Origin: Candidatus Uhrbacteria bacterium
Lineage (GTDB): Bacteria > Patescibacteriota > Patescibacteriia > 2-12-FULL-60-25
Length of the DNA: 64,000 nt
Assembly (NCBI GenBank): GCA_963816085.1
Contig: CAWFIX010000003.1
Coordinates: 487,167 to 551,166 of the forward strand
Reading direction: 5' to 3'
This document shows, piece after piece, positions 1-9,839 of this stretch. The translations under genes and the position numbers were made by a program. Below the pieces are notes generated by a model. The model was not told the DNA's origin and did not search any database. It worked only from the letters and a program-made list of their open reading frames with translations. Numbering within the stretch: the first letter of the stretch is position 1; every line of letters starts with the position of its first letter.

Positions 1-80
1 CCAGCTAAGAGGTTATTTAGAATTATAAGTTATTTTAGAGCGGATAGCCACTAGGGCCATCCCTACAAAACCAGAAAAAT

Positions 81-113
81 ACGTTACTGCGTTAAGACGT
101 TATGACGTTAAGG
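81..113. repeat. Short-period tandem repeat tract, ACGT-core family (8-nt period)
   Basis: Units acgttact/gcgttaag/acgttatg/acgttaag read directly. Abuts the GtrA stop codon. Same family as 46306-46387 and 46903-46984. Confidence 0.8.
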
Positions 114-593
114 CTATGGTCGTTTAAATGTGTACCATCTGTGGCCGGCGTAGGTGAAGAGTGGGACGGCGAGGCCGGCTAAAAATACCATGTACAGATC
201 GTAAATTTTGATGATGCTGTGGCCAAACCAAAAAATAAAAGCGTTGAGGATTATCGCTAAAACCGCAACAATTGTGTAACGACCAACTGAATTTTTAGGT
301 ATTGCGTGATCTTTAAATGTCCACAAGCGATGAGCTGTGTAATTTTCTGCAACAACAAAACCCATTACCAGATAGTAAACGTAAGTGCGAGAAATATCGG
401 GCATTAAAAAACGTGAAAAAATGAAATAGAGTACAAATTGAAATGCAAAAGTGGAAGCTCCAACCATACCAAACCTAACAAGCTTCCAAAACTCTTTTTT
501 GTATTTTTCTGAATCAGTCGACCTTCGACGTTTGACGTTAGACGTTCGACCTTCGACGTTTGATGTTGGTTGTTTATCTTGGCCAAGTGTCAT
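114..593 (-). CDS. GtrA-family membrane protein (start uncertain; ORF open to 659)
   Basis: Four-TM body with a GtrA-like 'VAENYTAHRLWTFK' segment. The N-terminal part of the long ORF is read through the heptad tract 517-567, so Met at 593 or 467 are candidate starts. Confidence 0.7.
   Translation of the reverse strand: MTLGQDKQPTSNVEGRTSNVKRRRSTDSEKYKKEFWKLVRFGMVGASTFAFQFVLYFIFSRFLMPDISRTYVYYLVMGFVVAENYTAHRLWTFKDHAIPKNSVGRYTIVAVLAIILNAFIFWFGHSIIKIYDLYMVFLAGLAVPLFTYAGHRWYTFKRP
517..567. repeat. Heptad tandem repeat tract (GACGTTn units)
   Basis: cgacgtt/tgacgtt/agacgtt/cgacctt/cgacgtt/tgatgtt. Lies between the S8 stop (574) and the GtrA body. Translated as TSNVEGRTSNVKRRRST in the long ORF. 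Confidence 0.85.
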
Positions 594-1439
594 AGAAAAG
601 TTTCCCCTCCACTCCATCCAGCTTTTCTCCAAGAGGCGCTTGCCTCCATTGCCAAACATTTACTTCTTTTGCTTGCTCAGCGTCTAAGATTTGAATCATG
701 CCATCTTTTTCCATTAAGTACGAAGGCTCACCGCTTTGAACAAATCGTAAAAGCTCACGACTATCGGCAGATAAGGCGCTAATCATTCTTAAACGATCGG
801 GATGCGTAGTCTCGATTATTGTTCCCTCCTCCAAGTTCCAGCGGTTTAGTAAAAACAATTGTGAATCGGTTATACCTCGTTTTAAGATTACAAAAGATTG
901 CAGTGGGCGCTCTAAGCCGATCGCCATCAAGCCATTTGGATTAGCTTCTTCGCCAAAGGTGATTGGATCTGTTTTGGTTTCTTCGGGAGATATGAGCCAA
1001 GCCCGGTTGCCGGATTGTTCCGTAAAAAGGATATTGTCCCAGCCCGAGGCGTTTATATCTTGAGTTGCGATAAGCAGGCCGCCGTTGATTGGCGGGTCGG
1101 ATTGCTCGGCCAGTTGACCGGCTGCAACCAAAACTCCATCGGTGCGGAAAACTCGCCATGCTCCCCTATCATCTCCTTCGGCGGTGACAATGACTTCGGG
1201 GTAGCGATCATCATCCCAGCGGATAAATGCGGCGCGAATTGCACGTTTATCGCCCGGGTTGCCAACCGGAAAAGTAAACAGTTCGTTGCCTTTTATGTCG
1301 GTAATCCAGATTGTTGGTGATTGATATTTTTCGGATGCGTATAAATTCCAGGAGCCGTATTTAAGCGAGCTGGCATCTGTTAGAGCCGCATAAGCATCCA
1401 ACATGCCCGCACCCATGCCGGTGGAATCTATTTCCGGGA
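574..1439 (-). pseudogene. C-terminal continuation of the S8 peptidase (end of subtilase fold plus repeat/propeller-like domain), in a different frame
   Basis: Frame of ORF 574..1662 carries 'GMGAGMLDAYAAL' (typical subtilase C-terminal motif). A bridging piece 'VAAMLKAKYPTWTGEQLAQRILDTAQP' sits in a third frame (ORF 1361..1696). Confidence 0.75.
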
Positions 1440-2537
1440 TTAAATGGTTGCGCTGTATCCAAAATCCTCTGCGCCAGCTGTTCGCCTGTCCAGGTTGGGT
1501 ATTTGGCTTTGAGCATGGCAGCGACATCCGGAGACGAGCGGAGCGGACATGGATGTGCCACTCCAAGCGCCATAGCCCGAAACTTCTTGATGATTGCCAT
1601 CGGGATCGTATGTGGGGCGCGCGGCAAAGATTTCGCCACCGGGTGCGGCGAGGCTGGTGCAAGAGCCGTAATTAGCTGATTCGTATTTTGACCCATCCGG
1701 ATTTGTGCCCGTGACTACAAGCAAACTTTGGCTGGCGGCACCGGGGTGGCATGCCGGGAAGGTTTCGTAGTCATCAAAATTGTGGGCAATGCCATCAAAA
1801 CCATTGCCGGCCGCAATAACAACAAGTACGCCCTCTGATGTGGCTTCGAGGATTGCATCAGCTACGGCTTGATCGAGCATGTCGCCCTCGAGGCTCATAT
1901 TGATAATGTCGGCACGATGGCGAGTTGCATAAATGATAGCCTCGGCTAATTTATCTGTGCCCCCGGAGCCATCACCATCGAGAATCACAAGGGGCATAAT
2001 TTTTACATTCCAAGCCATGCCGGCCATGCCGATATTGTCATTACCACGAGCGGCTATTAGCGAGGAGGTGATTGTTCCATGTTCCCAAGCACCAAACTCA
2101 TCGTTACTGGCATTTTTTATTGGACGCGTATCCGCAGTATCTTCTACAAAGTTCCAACCATGCGCATCATCTATATGACCGTCCGCGTCATTATCTTTTC
2201 CATCGATTGGTTCGTCAGGGTCTGCCCAAAGAGCACCTTTTAGATCGGGGTGAGAATCATCAATACCACCATCAATTACGGCGACAACGATATCGCGCGA
2301 TGAAGAGGTTGGCGCAATAGCCCAAGCTTCGTATGCATTGATAGCATCCAAATACCACTGACTGCGTTGGAATGTATCGTTAATTACCATGCGCTCGGGG
2401 GCTGTGCTGATGAGCGTTGGTACTGCAAAATCCACATAAAGGGTTGGAATTGGTAATTCTGCGGCTAAAGCCGGATTTGCCACCGCAAAAAGCATCAATA
2501 TTAGTGATGACAGAGAGAGGATTTTGTTGAATTTCAT
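1440..2537 (-). pseudogene. Subtilisin-like S8 serine peptidase, N-terminal catalytic fragment (frameshifted after the Ser motif)
   Basis: Signal peptide MKFNKILSLSSLILMLFAVANPALA. Asp 'VAVIDGGID', His 'HGTITSS' and Ser 'SGTSMSAPLVSG' motifs. The frame breaks near 1527 and again near 1443. Confidence 0.85.
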
Positions 2538-2799
2538 GGGGTGATTATAACTTAGTCTAAACTGATTCACAAGCTAATATTGCTAAATCAGATAAGATAT
2601 AAAGAGTATTTTAGTTTAGCCTTCGGCGACTCACTTTTGTGACCAAAAGTAAGCAAAAGTCCTGGGGTCCGCGATGCCCTCTCATTTCATGGGTAGCACT
2701 TTCTCTTTTACCATCCACGGTTACGCTACCCCCAGACCCCTTGGAGATTTAAATCGAAGATTACAACAATGCAATTATCTTTGTTATTTGTAATTCAAT

Positions 2800-4173
2800 C
2801 TAAGTTCCCATCCTCTTTAGTACTATTCGGATTGTTTTTAGTAGGATGGCTACATCTAGCATTAAGGTTCTGTGTTTGATGTAGTAGAGATCGTATTGTA
2901 GTTTTTTTATGTTTTCTTCGAAGGTTGAGGCGTATGGGAATTGGACTTGGGCCCAGCCGGTTAGGCCCGGGCGGGTTAAGTGGCGCAAAGAATAGTATGG
3001 CATCTGTGCAACGAGCTCGGTGACGAATTCGGGGCGTTCGGGGCGGGGGCCAATGAGCGACATATCCCCTTTTAGCACGTTCCAGATTTGTGGAAGTTCA
3101 TCGAGGCGTGTAGCGCGCATAAATTTACCGACTTTGGTTATGCGTGGGTCATCTTTTTGAGCAAACTGCGGGACACCTGGCGCTTCGGCGTCGGCGCGCA
3201 TGGTGCGGAATTTGAAGATACGAAAAGGTTTTTGATTGGCACCGACACGAATTTGAGAATATAAAACACTGCCCGGTGAACTGAGTTTAACAAGCAATGC
3301 CAAGAATGGATAAAGCAGAGCTGTTAGTATTGCGATTGGAATAGCAAGGACGATGTCGACTAGGCGCTTGATACCTTCGTAAGCAACTTTTTCGCCCTCG
3401 TGGATATGCGAGAGGAACCAATTTTGCGAGATATGTTCGAGCGGGATCCTGCCTGTGGCTGATTCTTCGAAACTGGCGCGGTCGACCAGGCTTACGGATG
3501 AGAAAATTGTTTCGTAAAGTGCATCTTGCAAACCCGGGACTTCCTCTGGTTTGTGGCCAACGATGATTGTATCGATAGATCCGCTGGTAATTAGATCTCG
3601 AATAGCTATTGGGGATGCGTGCCAAATAACCGACCCATCATCGAAACGTGTACCAGGCGCTGTTTGAAGCACGGCTTTTAACTCGAAACCAGGCGCAACT
3701 TCTTCGATGAGCTCGGCAATACGGCCGGCATCTTGAGGAGAGCCGATGAAGAGCAAGCGGGTTTTAAAAATAGTTTTGGCAATTATGCGATTGAAAGCTA
3801 TGCGCCAGATATAATCTAAAAGTAATACGATAATGGCGTAGAGGATGAGGTTGCGACGCGGGGCAATGCCAAAGATTGGGAGTAGGTAGAAAAAACCAAA
3901 AGCTAATAGCAGGTTAGCTATCATGCCCTCAAAGTATGTGCGTAGAAACTTAAGGGAGTCTCGACTAAGACGCAAATCGTAAAGGCCGGCAACGTAAAAG
4001 CCAATGAGCCATAAGCAGGAAAGGAAGAGAAATGGCAAAGCATGCTGATCGTATGAGCTGGGAGTTAACTCGCCAAAGCGCAATAAGAGCATGAGGGGGA
4101 CGGAAATTTGGAATACTAAAAAATCGCCTAGGAGTAGGAGTAACTGTTTAAAGCGGGTGCGGTTGTTTAGCAT
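2800..4173 (-). CDS. Polyprenyl-phosphate glycosyl-1-phosphate transferase (bacterial sugar transferase, WbaP/EpsB-like)
   Basis: N-terminal TM helices. C-terminal 'FRIFKFRTMRADAE' and 'DPRITKVGKFMRATRLDELPQIWNVLKGDMSLIGPRPERPEF'. Confidence 0.9.
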   Translation of the reverse strand: MLNNRTRFKQLLLLLGDFLVFQISVPLMLLLRFGELTPSSYDQHALPFLFLSCLWLIGFYVAGLYDLRLSRDSLKFLRTYFEGMIANLLLAFGFFYLLPIFGIAPRRNLILYAIIVLLLDYIWRIAFNRIIAKTIFKTRLLFIGSPQDAGRIAELIEEVAPGFELKAVLQTAPGTRFDDGSVIWHASPIAIRDLITSGSIDTIIVGHKPEEVPGLQDALYETIFSSVSLVDRASFEESATGRIPLEHISQNWFLSHIHEGEKVAYEGIKRLVDIVLAIPIAILTALLYPFLALLVKLSSPGSVLYSQIRVGANQKPFRIFKFRTMRADAEAPGVPQFAQKDDPRITKVGKFMRATRLDELPQIWNVLKGDMSLIGPRPERPEFVTELVAQMPYYSLRHLTRPGLTGWAQVQFPYASTFEENIKKLQYDLYYIKHRTLMLDVAILLKTIRIVLKRMGT

Positions 4174-4177
4174 AGGG

Positions 4178-4295
4178 CTGGCTCTGGGGTGAACTCACCC
4201 CTAACCCCTCTCTTAAGATCAATAGAGGGGGATCTGACCTGACAAATCCTAGAGCACCCTTTCTCTTGATCTTAAGAGAAAGGGCTGGGGATGGA
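4178..4295. mobile_element. MITE/REP-like composite palindrome (GGGGTGAACTCACCCC family)
   Basis: Hairpins ggggtgaactcacccc, cccctctcttaagatcaatagagggg and ccctttctcttgatcttaagagaaaggg. Related copies at 22150-22320 and 59646-59757. Confidence 0.75.
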
Positions 4296-4306
4296 GTTTA
4301 TCGCAG

Positions 4307-5197
4307 CTAAATCCTCTTCCGGATTCTCAAGATTGCTTTGATGGCTTCGATACCGTCCCTAAAATGGCGGATTTGGCTTTTGCGGTTGGGATAGCGGAAT
4401 TCGAGCCATGGGACGGGGACCTCGGTTATCCTTAACCTATCTTGCCTGGCTTTTGCTAAAAATTCAATATCCAAAAACCAACCGTCCTCCTCGCAAGATT
4501 TAAGCACAGCCAAGCCTTTTTCGTTCATTATTTTTAAACCGCATTGTGCGTCCGCTACTTTAAGATTTAAAAAGAGGTCGGCCATGAAGTTAAAGAGTTT
4601 TGAGCTTAGAGTTCGGAGCCAGTTGCGGTTCGTGGTTTTGGTGATGAGCAAGCGTGAGGCAATGACGATGTCGGCTTTGTCTTCGAGCAGTCGCGCGACC
4701 ATGCCGGGGATGGCATCCGGGTCGGCGGAGAGGTCGGCATCGATGAAACCGAAGAGACTGTCGAACGACGAACTTCGAACCACGAACTTCGATTCGGAGG
4801 GCGGAAATCTCCCAATCAACGCTTTGCGTTGATATCCCTCTTTATTAAAGAGGGTTTCAGAAACCTGATTAGATGCAAAACGGATCGCGGAGCCTTTGCC
4901 GACTTTGGGACAATCTAAATAGACAAATTGGTCCTGGGTCCTGGGTACTGAACCAACCGATTGGTCCTGGGTCCTGGGTACATGGTCCTGGTTACTTTTG
5001 TCGGAGCCAGGACTATGGACGTAGGACCATGTACGAATGATTTCTTCAGTAGTTTGTTTAGTGTTATCGGTTGATCCATTATCAGCTACGATTATCTGCC
5101 ATGGGATAGGTAAATCGGCCAGGGTTTTGGCGAGGCGGTGGAGGGTGTTTGTGATGTAGGGGGCTTCGTTGCGGGAAGGGATGACGAGGTGGAGCAT
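4307..5197 (-). CDS. GT2 glycosyltransferase (polyprenol-phosphate hexosyltransferase-like) carrying two repeat-derived in-frame inserts
   Basis: 'VIPSRNEA', 'IVADNGSTDNT', 'GKGSAIRFA' and DXD 'FIDADLSADP'. Inserts VPRTQDQSVGSVPRTQDQ and ETLFNKEGYQRKALIGRFPPSESKFVVRSSSFDS coincide with DNA repeats. Confidence 0.85.
   Translation of the reverse strand: MLHLVIPSRNEAPYITNTLHRLAKTLADLPIPWQIIVADNGSTDNTKQTTEEIIRTWSYVHSPGSDKSNQDHVPRTQDQSVGSVPRTQDQFVYLDCPKVGKGSAIRFASNQVSETLFNKEGYQRKALIGRFPPSESKFVVRSSSFDSLFGFIDADLSADPDAIPGMVARLLEDKADIVIASRLLITKTTNRNWLRTLSSKLFNFMADLFLNLKVADAQCGLKIMNEKGLAVLKSCEEDGWFLDIEFLAKARQDRLRITEVPVPWLEFRYPNRKSQIRHFRDGIEAIKAILRIRKRI
4761..4796. repeat. Heptad tandem repeat tract (GAACTTC/GAACnAC units) inside the GT2 ORF
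   Basis: tcgaacgacgaacttcgaaccacgaacttcgattcg. Same family as 15428-15460. Confidence 0.8.
4800..4853 (-). mobile_element. Hairpin-module element (two small hairpins) inside the GT2 ORF
   Basis: Reverse strand reads ccctctttaataaagaggg, tatcaacgcaaagcgttga, ttgggagatttccgcc. About 80% identical by eye to 22632-22690. Confidence 0.75.
4928..4992. repeat. Heptad tandem repeat tract (TGGTCCT/GGGTCCT units) inside the GT2 ORF
   Basis: tggtcctgggtcctgggtac ... tggtcctgggtcctgggtacatggtcctgg. Confidence 0.85.
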
Positions 5198-5285
5198 GAA
5201 TGTTTGCTTAACAAATACATGAATATGCTATAAGGTATATTGGATAAAAGCAAATAACCACCATGTTGCTTGAATATTAAATGCT

Positions 5286-5981
5286 ATGAAAAAAACCAAT
5301 GAAGAGCTGAAGAAGATTATTTTTGAAAAAAGCGATTTATCCGATGAAGACAAATTAAGAATATTTAATAATAATTACAAAGATTGGCAAACCAAACACG
5401 AATATATTTATAAAAGATTCAATATTAATTTTAACGACAAAATATTGGATATCGGTTGCAGTTTCGGCCACAATTTGATTCATTTTAGCCAAGATTCGGT
5501 TGGTATCGAAATTAACCAAAGCATTATCAACTTTCTCAATGCTTTGGGATTAAATGTTAAATCCATAAACGTGGAGGATGACTTGGGTAAAATGGATGAA
5601 AAATTCGATTTGATTTGGTGCACCGATTTTTTAGTTCATACAATCAGCCCTTATAAATTTTTATATGATTGCCGGCATGTATTAAACGATAACGGAAGAA
5701 TCGTAATCCAAATACCCCTCATGTCAATTTGGAATACGCATCGATCCCCGTGTCATTTTTACGGTTTTAACAAAAAAGCATTGCTTTATCTAATGGAAAT
5801 GTCGGGATATAAAATCATAAAAACATCCGGCCTTATCAGAAAATTACCGAGTTGGTTGAATGCTATTTTGGAACCTGTGCTTCAAATATGGGGTGGTAAT
5901 ATTTGGGTTTTGGCGGAAAAACAGAGTCAGGTGCCTATTAACACAAAAAAAGTTTTTCCACCAAGTTGGTTTAGCCTCTAA
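5286..5981 (+). CDS. Class I SAM-dependent methyltransferase
   Basis: Motif I 'ILDIGCSFGHNLI'; 'FDLIWCTDFLVHT'; 'NGRIVIQIP'. Confidence 0.8.
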   Translation: MKKTNEELKKIIFEKSDLSDEDKLRIFNNNYKDWQTKHEYIYKRFNINFNDKILDIGCSFGHNLIHFSQDSVGIEINQSIINFLNALGLNVKSINVEDDLGKMDEKFDLIWCTDFLVHTISPYKFLYDCRHVLNDNGRIVIQIPLMSIWNTHRSPCHFYGFNKKALLYLMEMSGYKIIKTSGLIRKLPSWLNAILEPVLQIWGGNIWVLAEKQSQVPINTKKVFPPSWFSL

Positions 5982-5989
5982 CCAGTTTT

Positions 5990-6613
5990 ATGTTAAAAAC
6001 AACACCATGGGAAGATTTTTTTAGAGCTAAAATAACCAAAATATTTACGGAAAGTAAAAATGTTTTGGACATAGGCGGAGGTTTGCGAGTTGCTAAAGAT
6101 AAAAATAATCGATATTTGGCCAAAAATGAATGGATTTTGCCATTATTGCAAAATGTAGATTATAAAGTTTTGGATCCTGTGCCGGATTATAATCCGGATA
6201 TTGTTGGGGATATTCACGACCTGCCTTTTACGGATAATTCATTGGATGCGATTATTTGCAATGCTGTTCTAGAGCATGTCAAAAACCCGTTTAAGGCGGT
6301 AGAAGAGATGCATCGAGTATTAAAACCCGGTGGTCATTGTTTTGTTTATGTGCCATTCTTATATTATTATCATCCCATGAAAGGTTATTACGCTGATTAT
6401 TGGAGATTCACCAGCGACGGAATAGATGAGTTGTTTAAACAATTTTCGAGTACGGAAAAACAAAATGTTAGAGGTGCCATTGAGACATGGATGCACCTAT
6501 CCCCTTTGGCAAAATATAAAACACCAAATTATCTGGCGTCACTGCTTGATCGAGCGTTTAATAAAATTACCTCTAATCAAACAAGCGGTTTTAATGTATT
6601 TCTGATTAAATAA
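5990..6613 (+). CDS. Class I SAM-dependent methyltransferase (type 11-like)
   Basis: 'VLDIGGGLRV' and 'LPFTDNSLDAIICNAVLEHVKNPFKAVEEMHRVLKPGGHCFV'. Confidence 0.85.
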   Translation: MLKTTPWEDFFRAKITKIFTESKNVLDIGGGLRVAKDKNNRYLAKNEWILPLLQNVDYKVLDPVPDYNPDIVGDIHDLPFTDNSLDAIICNAVLEHVKNPFKAVEEMHRVLKPGGHCFVYVPFLYYYHPMKGYYADYWRFTSDGIDELFKQFSSTEKQNVRGAIETWMHLSPLAKYKTPNYLASLLDRAFNKITSNQTSGFNVFLIK

Positions 6614-6615
6614 AT

Positions 6616-7305
6616 ATGAACCATCTACAGCAATTAATGATTCATGTGCCAAATTTAGATAAAATGAAATTAGTGGATATTGGCGCGGGTAAAGGTGGTT
6701 TTATGATGCAAGCTTTGGACGCGGGTGTAGATATTTATGGATTGGAGAAAAATGAGGATAATATTAAACTCGCACAACAAAAAATGGCGGAAAAGGGTTA
6801 TGAACAAAATCGTATAATCCAAGGCTTGGTGGAATCTTTGCCGTGGCCGGATGCGGGTTTTGATTTTGCAAATGCTTCCGAGGTTTTGGAGCATGTGGAG
6901 GATCCGGATAAAATGCTACATGAGATTCATCGTATATTAAAAACCGGTGGCCAAGCTTACGTAAGTATTCCCAATAGATTTGGTTTATATGACCCTCACT
7001 TTCATTTGTATTTTATCAACTGGATGCCAAGAAATTGGGCAATGAAAATTTTGAGCCTGCTTAAACAGCACAAAGATTATAATACCGATTCTGGCTATCA
7101 AAGCTTAACTCAAATGCATTATCATACTTATAAGAATGCTATTAAATTATTAACGAACCATGGTTTTGAAGTTACTGACACACGGTTAAGAAAAGTCTTG
7201 AATTTATCAAAAAATTCCCCGCTTAAAAAAATACTGACCATGTCTTATAAATTAACTGCACCATGGACTCTTTCGACTTTTCATTTTTGGTTAGTGAAGA
7301 AATAA
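6616..7305 (+). CDS. Class I SAM-dependent methyltransferase (type 11-like)
   Basis: 'LVDIGAGKGGF' and 'FDFANASEVLEHVEDPDKMLHEIHRILKTGGQAYV'. Confidence 0.85.
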   Translation: MNHLQQLMIHVPNLDKMKLVDIGAGKGGFMMQALDAGVDIYGLEKNEDNIKLAQQKMAEKGYEQNRIIQGLVESLPWPDAGFDFANASEVLEHVEDPDKMLHEIHRILKTGGQAYVSIPNRFGLYDPHFHLYFINWMPRNWAMKILSLLKQHKDYNTDSGYQSLTQMHYHTYKNAIKLLTNHGFEVTDTRLRKVLNLSKNSPLKKILTMSYKLTAPWTLSTFHFWLVKK

Positions 7306-7379
7306 AATATACAAAAAACTTACTACTGTAGCCATATAATAACTATCGAAAAAGTACGAAACCCGCAAACTTAAAAAGT

Positions 7380-8015
7380 ATGAAAAAAATTACACGTATA
7401 AAATTAGATCAAGCGATTTCAGCTTACACGGACGATGGCTTGACTTTGGAGGTTGGTTCTTATGGTACAGCTGATTATAAAAAGTATTTTCCCAACCGAG
7501 TCGGAATTGATATCAGGCCGGGTGAAGGCGTGGATAAGGTGGCGAGTGTTTATGCTTTGCCTTACCCGGACAATCATTTCGATAATGTCCTATGTATTAC
7601 CGTACTGGAACACCTAATCGAACCCCAAAAAGCCATAACCGAAATGAAGCGCGTCCTGAAAAAAAACGGAAAAATCATTGTTTCCGCGCCATTCCTTTAC
7701 CCAACACATGACGCGCCAAATGATTATTGGCGTTTCACTAAATATGGTATGGAACTTTTATTCAAAGATTGGCAAATAATTTATTTAAAAGGAGAAACAA
7801 ATGCCCAAGAAAGTATAGCTTCATTATTACAAAGATTAGGATTTCAATCAGATGTAAAAATGCGTTATTTTTTAAAAACTACGATTTATACAATGTCACA
7901 CATATTATTCAAACTACCCTATCTTTTTAGAAACATATACGGGAATATACAGAAAACTAAAATTGAACAAGATGCTTTTACCAGCTGCTTTTTTCTAGTT
8001 GCAGAGAAAATTTAA
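7380..8015 (+). CDS. Class I SAM-dependent methyltransferase (type 11-like)
   Basis: 'LPYPDNHFDNVLCITVLEHLIEPQKAITEMKRVLKKNGKIIV'. Confidence 0.8.
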   Translation: MKKITRIKLDQAISAYTDDGLTLEVGSYGTADYKKYFPNRVGIDIRPGEGVDKVASVYALPYPDNHFDNVLCITVLEHLIEPQKAITEMKRVLKKNGKIIVSAPFLYPTHDAPNDYWRFTKYGMELLFKDWQIIYLKGETNAQESIASLLQRLGFQSDVKMRYFLKTTIYTMSHILFKLPYLFRNIYGNIQKTKIEQDAFTSCFFLVAEKI

Positions 8016-9133
8016 TGAATATTACTTACATCCACAATTGCAGAATGCCGACCGAAAAAGCGCATGGCTATCAAATGGCTAAAATGTGCGAGGCTTTTGC
8101 GGATAGCAGCGTGAGTGTTGAACTCATCGTACCTGCGAGACACAATCATATTAAAGATGATATTTTTTCTTATTATCACACGAAAAACAATTTTACTATT
8201 CGTTATATAAAATTTGTTGATTTTCTGTCTTGGAGTTGGCTGAATCAGAAAATCAGTTTTACCTTAAACATTTTGGAATTTTTATGGCTCTCTCTTTTTT
8301 TAAAAATTGATAAACAAAATATCATTTACACACGTAGCCCCGAGTTAGCTTGGCTATTTGGAGTACGAGGTTATAAAACTTTTTTCGAGTGTCATCAGTT
8401 GCCGGAAAAAAAATCAAAATTGTTTGGATATTTCATAAAAACAATTCACGGGATTGTAACCATAACCAATGGCTTAAAACAAGACCTTGTTGCAGATTAT
8501 GCCTTTTCTGCCGATAAGATATTGACCGCGCCCGATGGAGTTGATTTGGAAACATTTGATATAAAAATAACACGCCAAGAAGCACGCGGGCAATTAGACA
8601 TACCAAGTGATAAAAAAATCATTTTATATACAGGTCATCTTTATACGTGGAAGGGAGTCGATACCTTGGCCGAAGCTTCAAAAAATTTGCCTGATGATTT
8701 TTTAATTTATGCAGTGGGAGGTGACGCAAAGGAAATAGCGGCATTTACAGAACGCAATCCAAATCATAAAATTATGAATATTCCTGCCGTACCCAGAACA
8801 ACGGTTGCGATTTGGCTCAAGGCCGCTGATTTTTTGATTTTGCCGAATAGCGCCAAAGAAAAAATTTCAGCCAAGTACACTTCACCGCTGAAATTATTTG
8901 AATTCATGGCAAGCGGAACTCCGATTATTGCCAGCGATCTGCCAAGTATCAGAGAAATTTTAGATAATGACAGTTGCTTTTTTTTCTGTGCAGACAGATC
9001 GCAAAGTCTTCAACTAACAATTGCTTCATCAATAAATGACTCTAAAATGCAGCAAAAAGGCGCAAAAGGGTTAGAACGAATCAAACTTTACACTTGGAAA
9101 AAAAGATGTTTAAGCATTATAGGATTCTTCTAA
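8015..9133 (+). CDS. GT4-family glycosyltransferase
   Basis: Two-Rossmann GT-B layout. C-terminal 'KYTSPLKLFEFMASGTPIIASDLPSIREIL'. One-nt overlap with the upstream methyltransferase. Confidence 0.8.
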   Translation: MNITYIHNCRMPTEKAHGYQMAKMCEAFADSSVSVELIVPARHNHIKDDIFSYYHTKNNFTIRYIKFVDFLSWSWLNQKISFTLNILEFLWLSLFLKIDKQNIIYTRSPELAWLFGVRGYKTFFECHQLPEKKSKLFGYFIKTIHGIVTITNGLKQDLVADYAFSADKILTAPDGVDLETFDIKITRQEARGQLDIPSDKKIILYTGHLYTWKGVDTLAEASKNLPDDFLIYAVGGDAKEIAAFTERNPNHKIMNIPAVPRTTVAIWLKAADFLILPNSAKEKISAKYTSPLKLFEFMASGTPIIASDLPSIREILDNDSCFFFCADRSQSLQLTIASSINDSKMQQKGAKGLERIKLYTWKKRCLSIIGFF

Positions 9134-9134
9134 A

Positions 9135-9839
9135 TTAATGCAATAATCCAAGTTTCTTGAGAAACGAACCCAGTTTTTGCATATAAACAAAAAAAGTATT
9201 ATAAATCGCATTACATCCGATATACGGTTCATAATTTCCTACTAAAGATTTTTTTTCAATGCAACTAAAATCATTGCCAAATTTTTCCGCCCATTTTTCT
9301 TTATCCTTTACGGCAATAGCAAAAATATAAACTGAAGCGTTGCGCTGACCATTAAAACTTAAATATTGTAAGTGCATGTTGTTTTTTTCAAACATCTTCT
9401 TAACCGCCAAAGGCGTCATTCTCCAATAATCACCGTAATCCGTATGCATTTGTTGCAAGAAAGGAATAACCAAAATTACAACATCTTTACTCATTAAGCA
9501 AAGGTTTTTAAAAGCTTGTTCAATCTCGAAAACATGTTCCAAAACAGTGTGATTAAAAATCACATCGAACTTTTCCACCAGCTCATTGGGTAATTCTTTT
9601 TCCAAATCCAAAAAAATTTCCCCCTCCATGCCCTGAAAACCCATGGCCTCGGTTTTATAATTGGTAATTGTGTAACTTTTTTTATTCTTAAAATAATTTT
9701 TATATTCATCCCCTTCCTTATCTTTATCTTGCCAACCACTAACATTAACAATATCCCCCTCAAATAAATGGGCGAATTTTTTTAATTCATTATTTGACCA
9801 GATTCTTGGTAATCTAAATTTACGGTCTACTATTTTCAT
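9135..9839 (-). CDS. Class I SAM-dependent methyltransferase
   Basis: 'FDVIFNHTVLEHVFEIEQAFKNLCLMSKDVVILVIPF'. Start moved to the Met at 9839 (ORF open to 9884). Confidence 0.75.
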   Translation of the reverse strand: MKIVDRKFRLPRIWSNNELKKFAHLFEGDIVNVSGWQDKDKEGDEYKNYFKNKKSYTITNYKTEAMGFQGMEGEIFLDLEKELPNELVEKFDVIFNHTVLEHVFEIEQAFKNLCLMSKDVVILVIPFLQQMHTDYGDYWRMTPLAVKKMFEKNNMHLQYLSFNGQRNASVYIFAIAVKDKEKWAEKFGNDFSCIEKKSLVGNYEPYIGCNAIYNTFFVYMQKLGSFLKKLGLLH

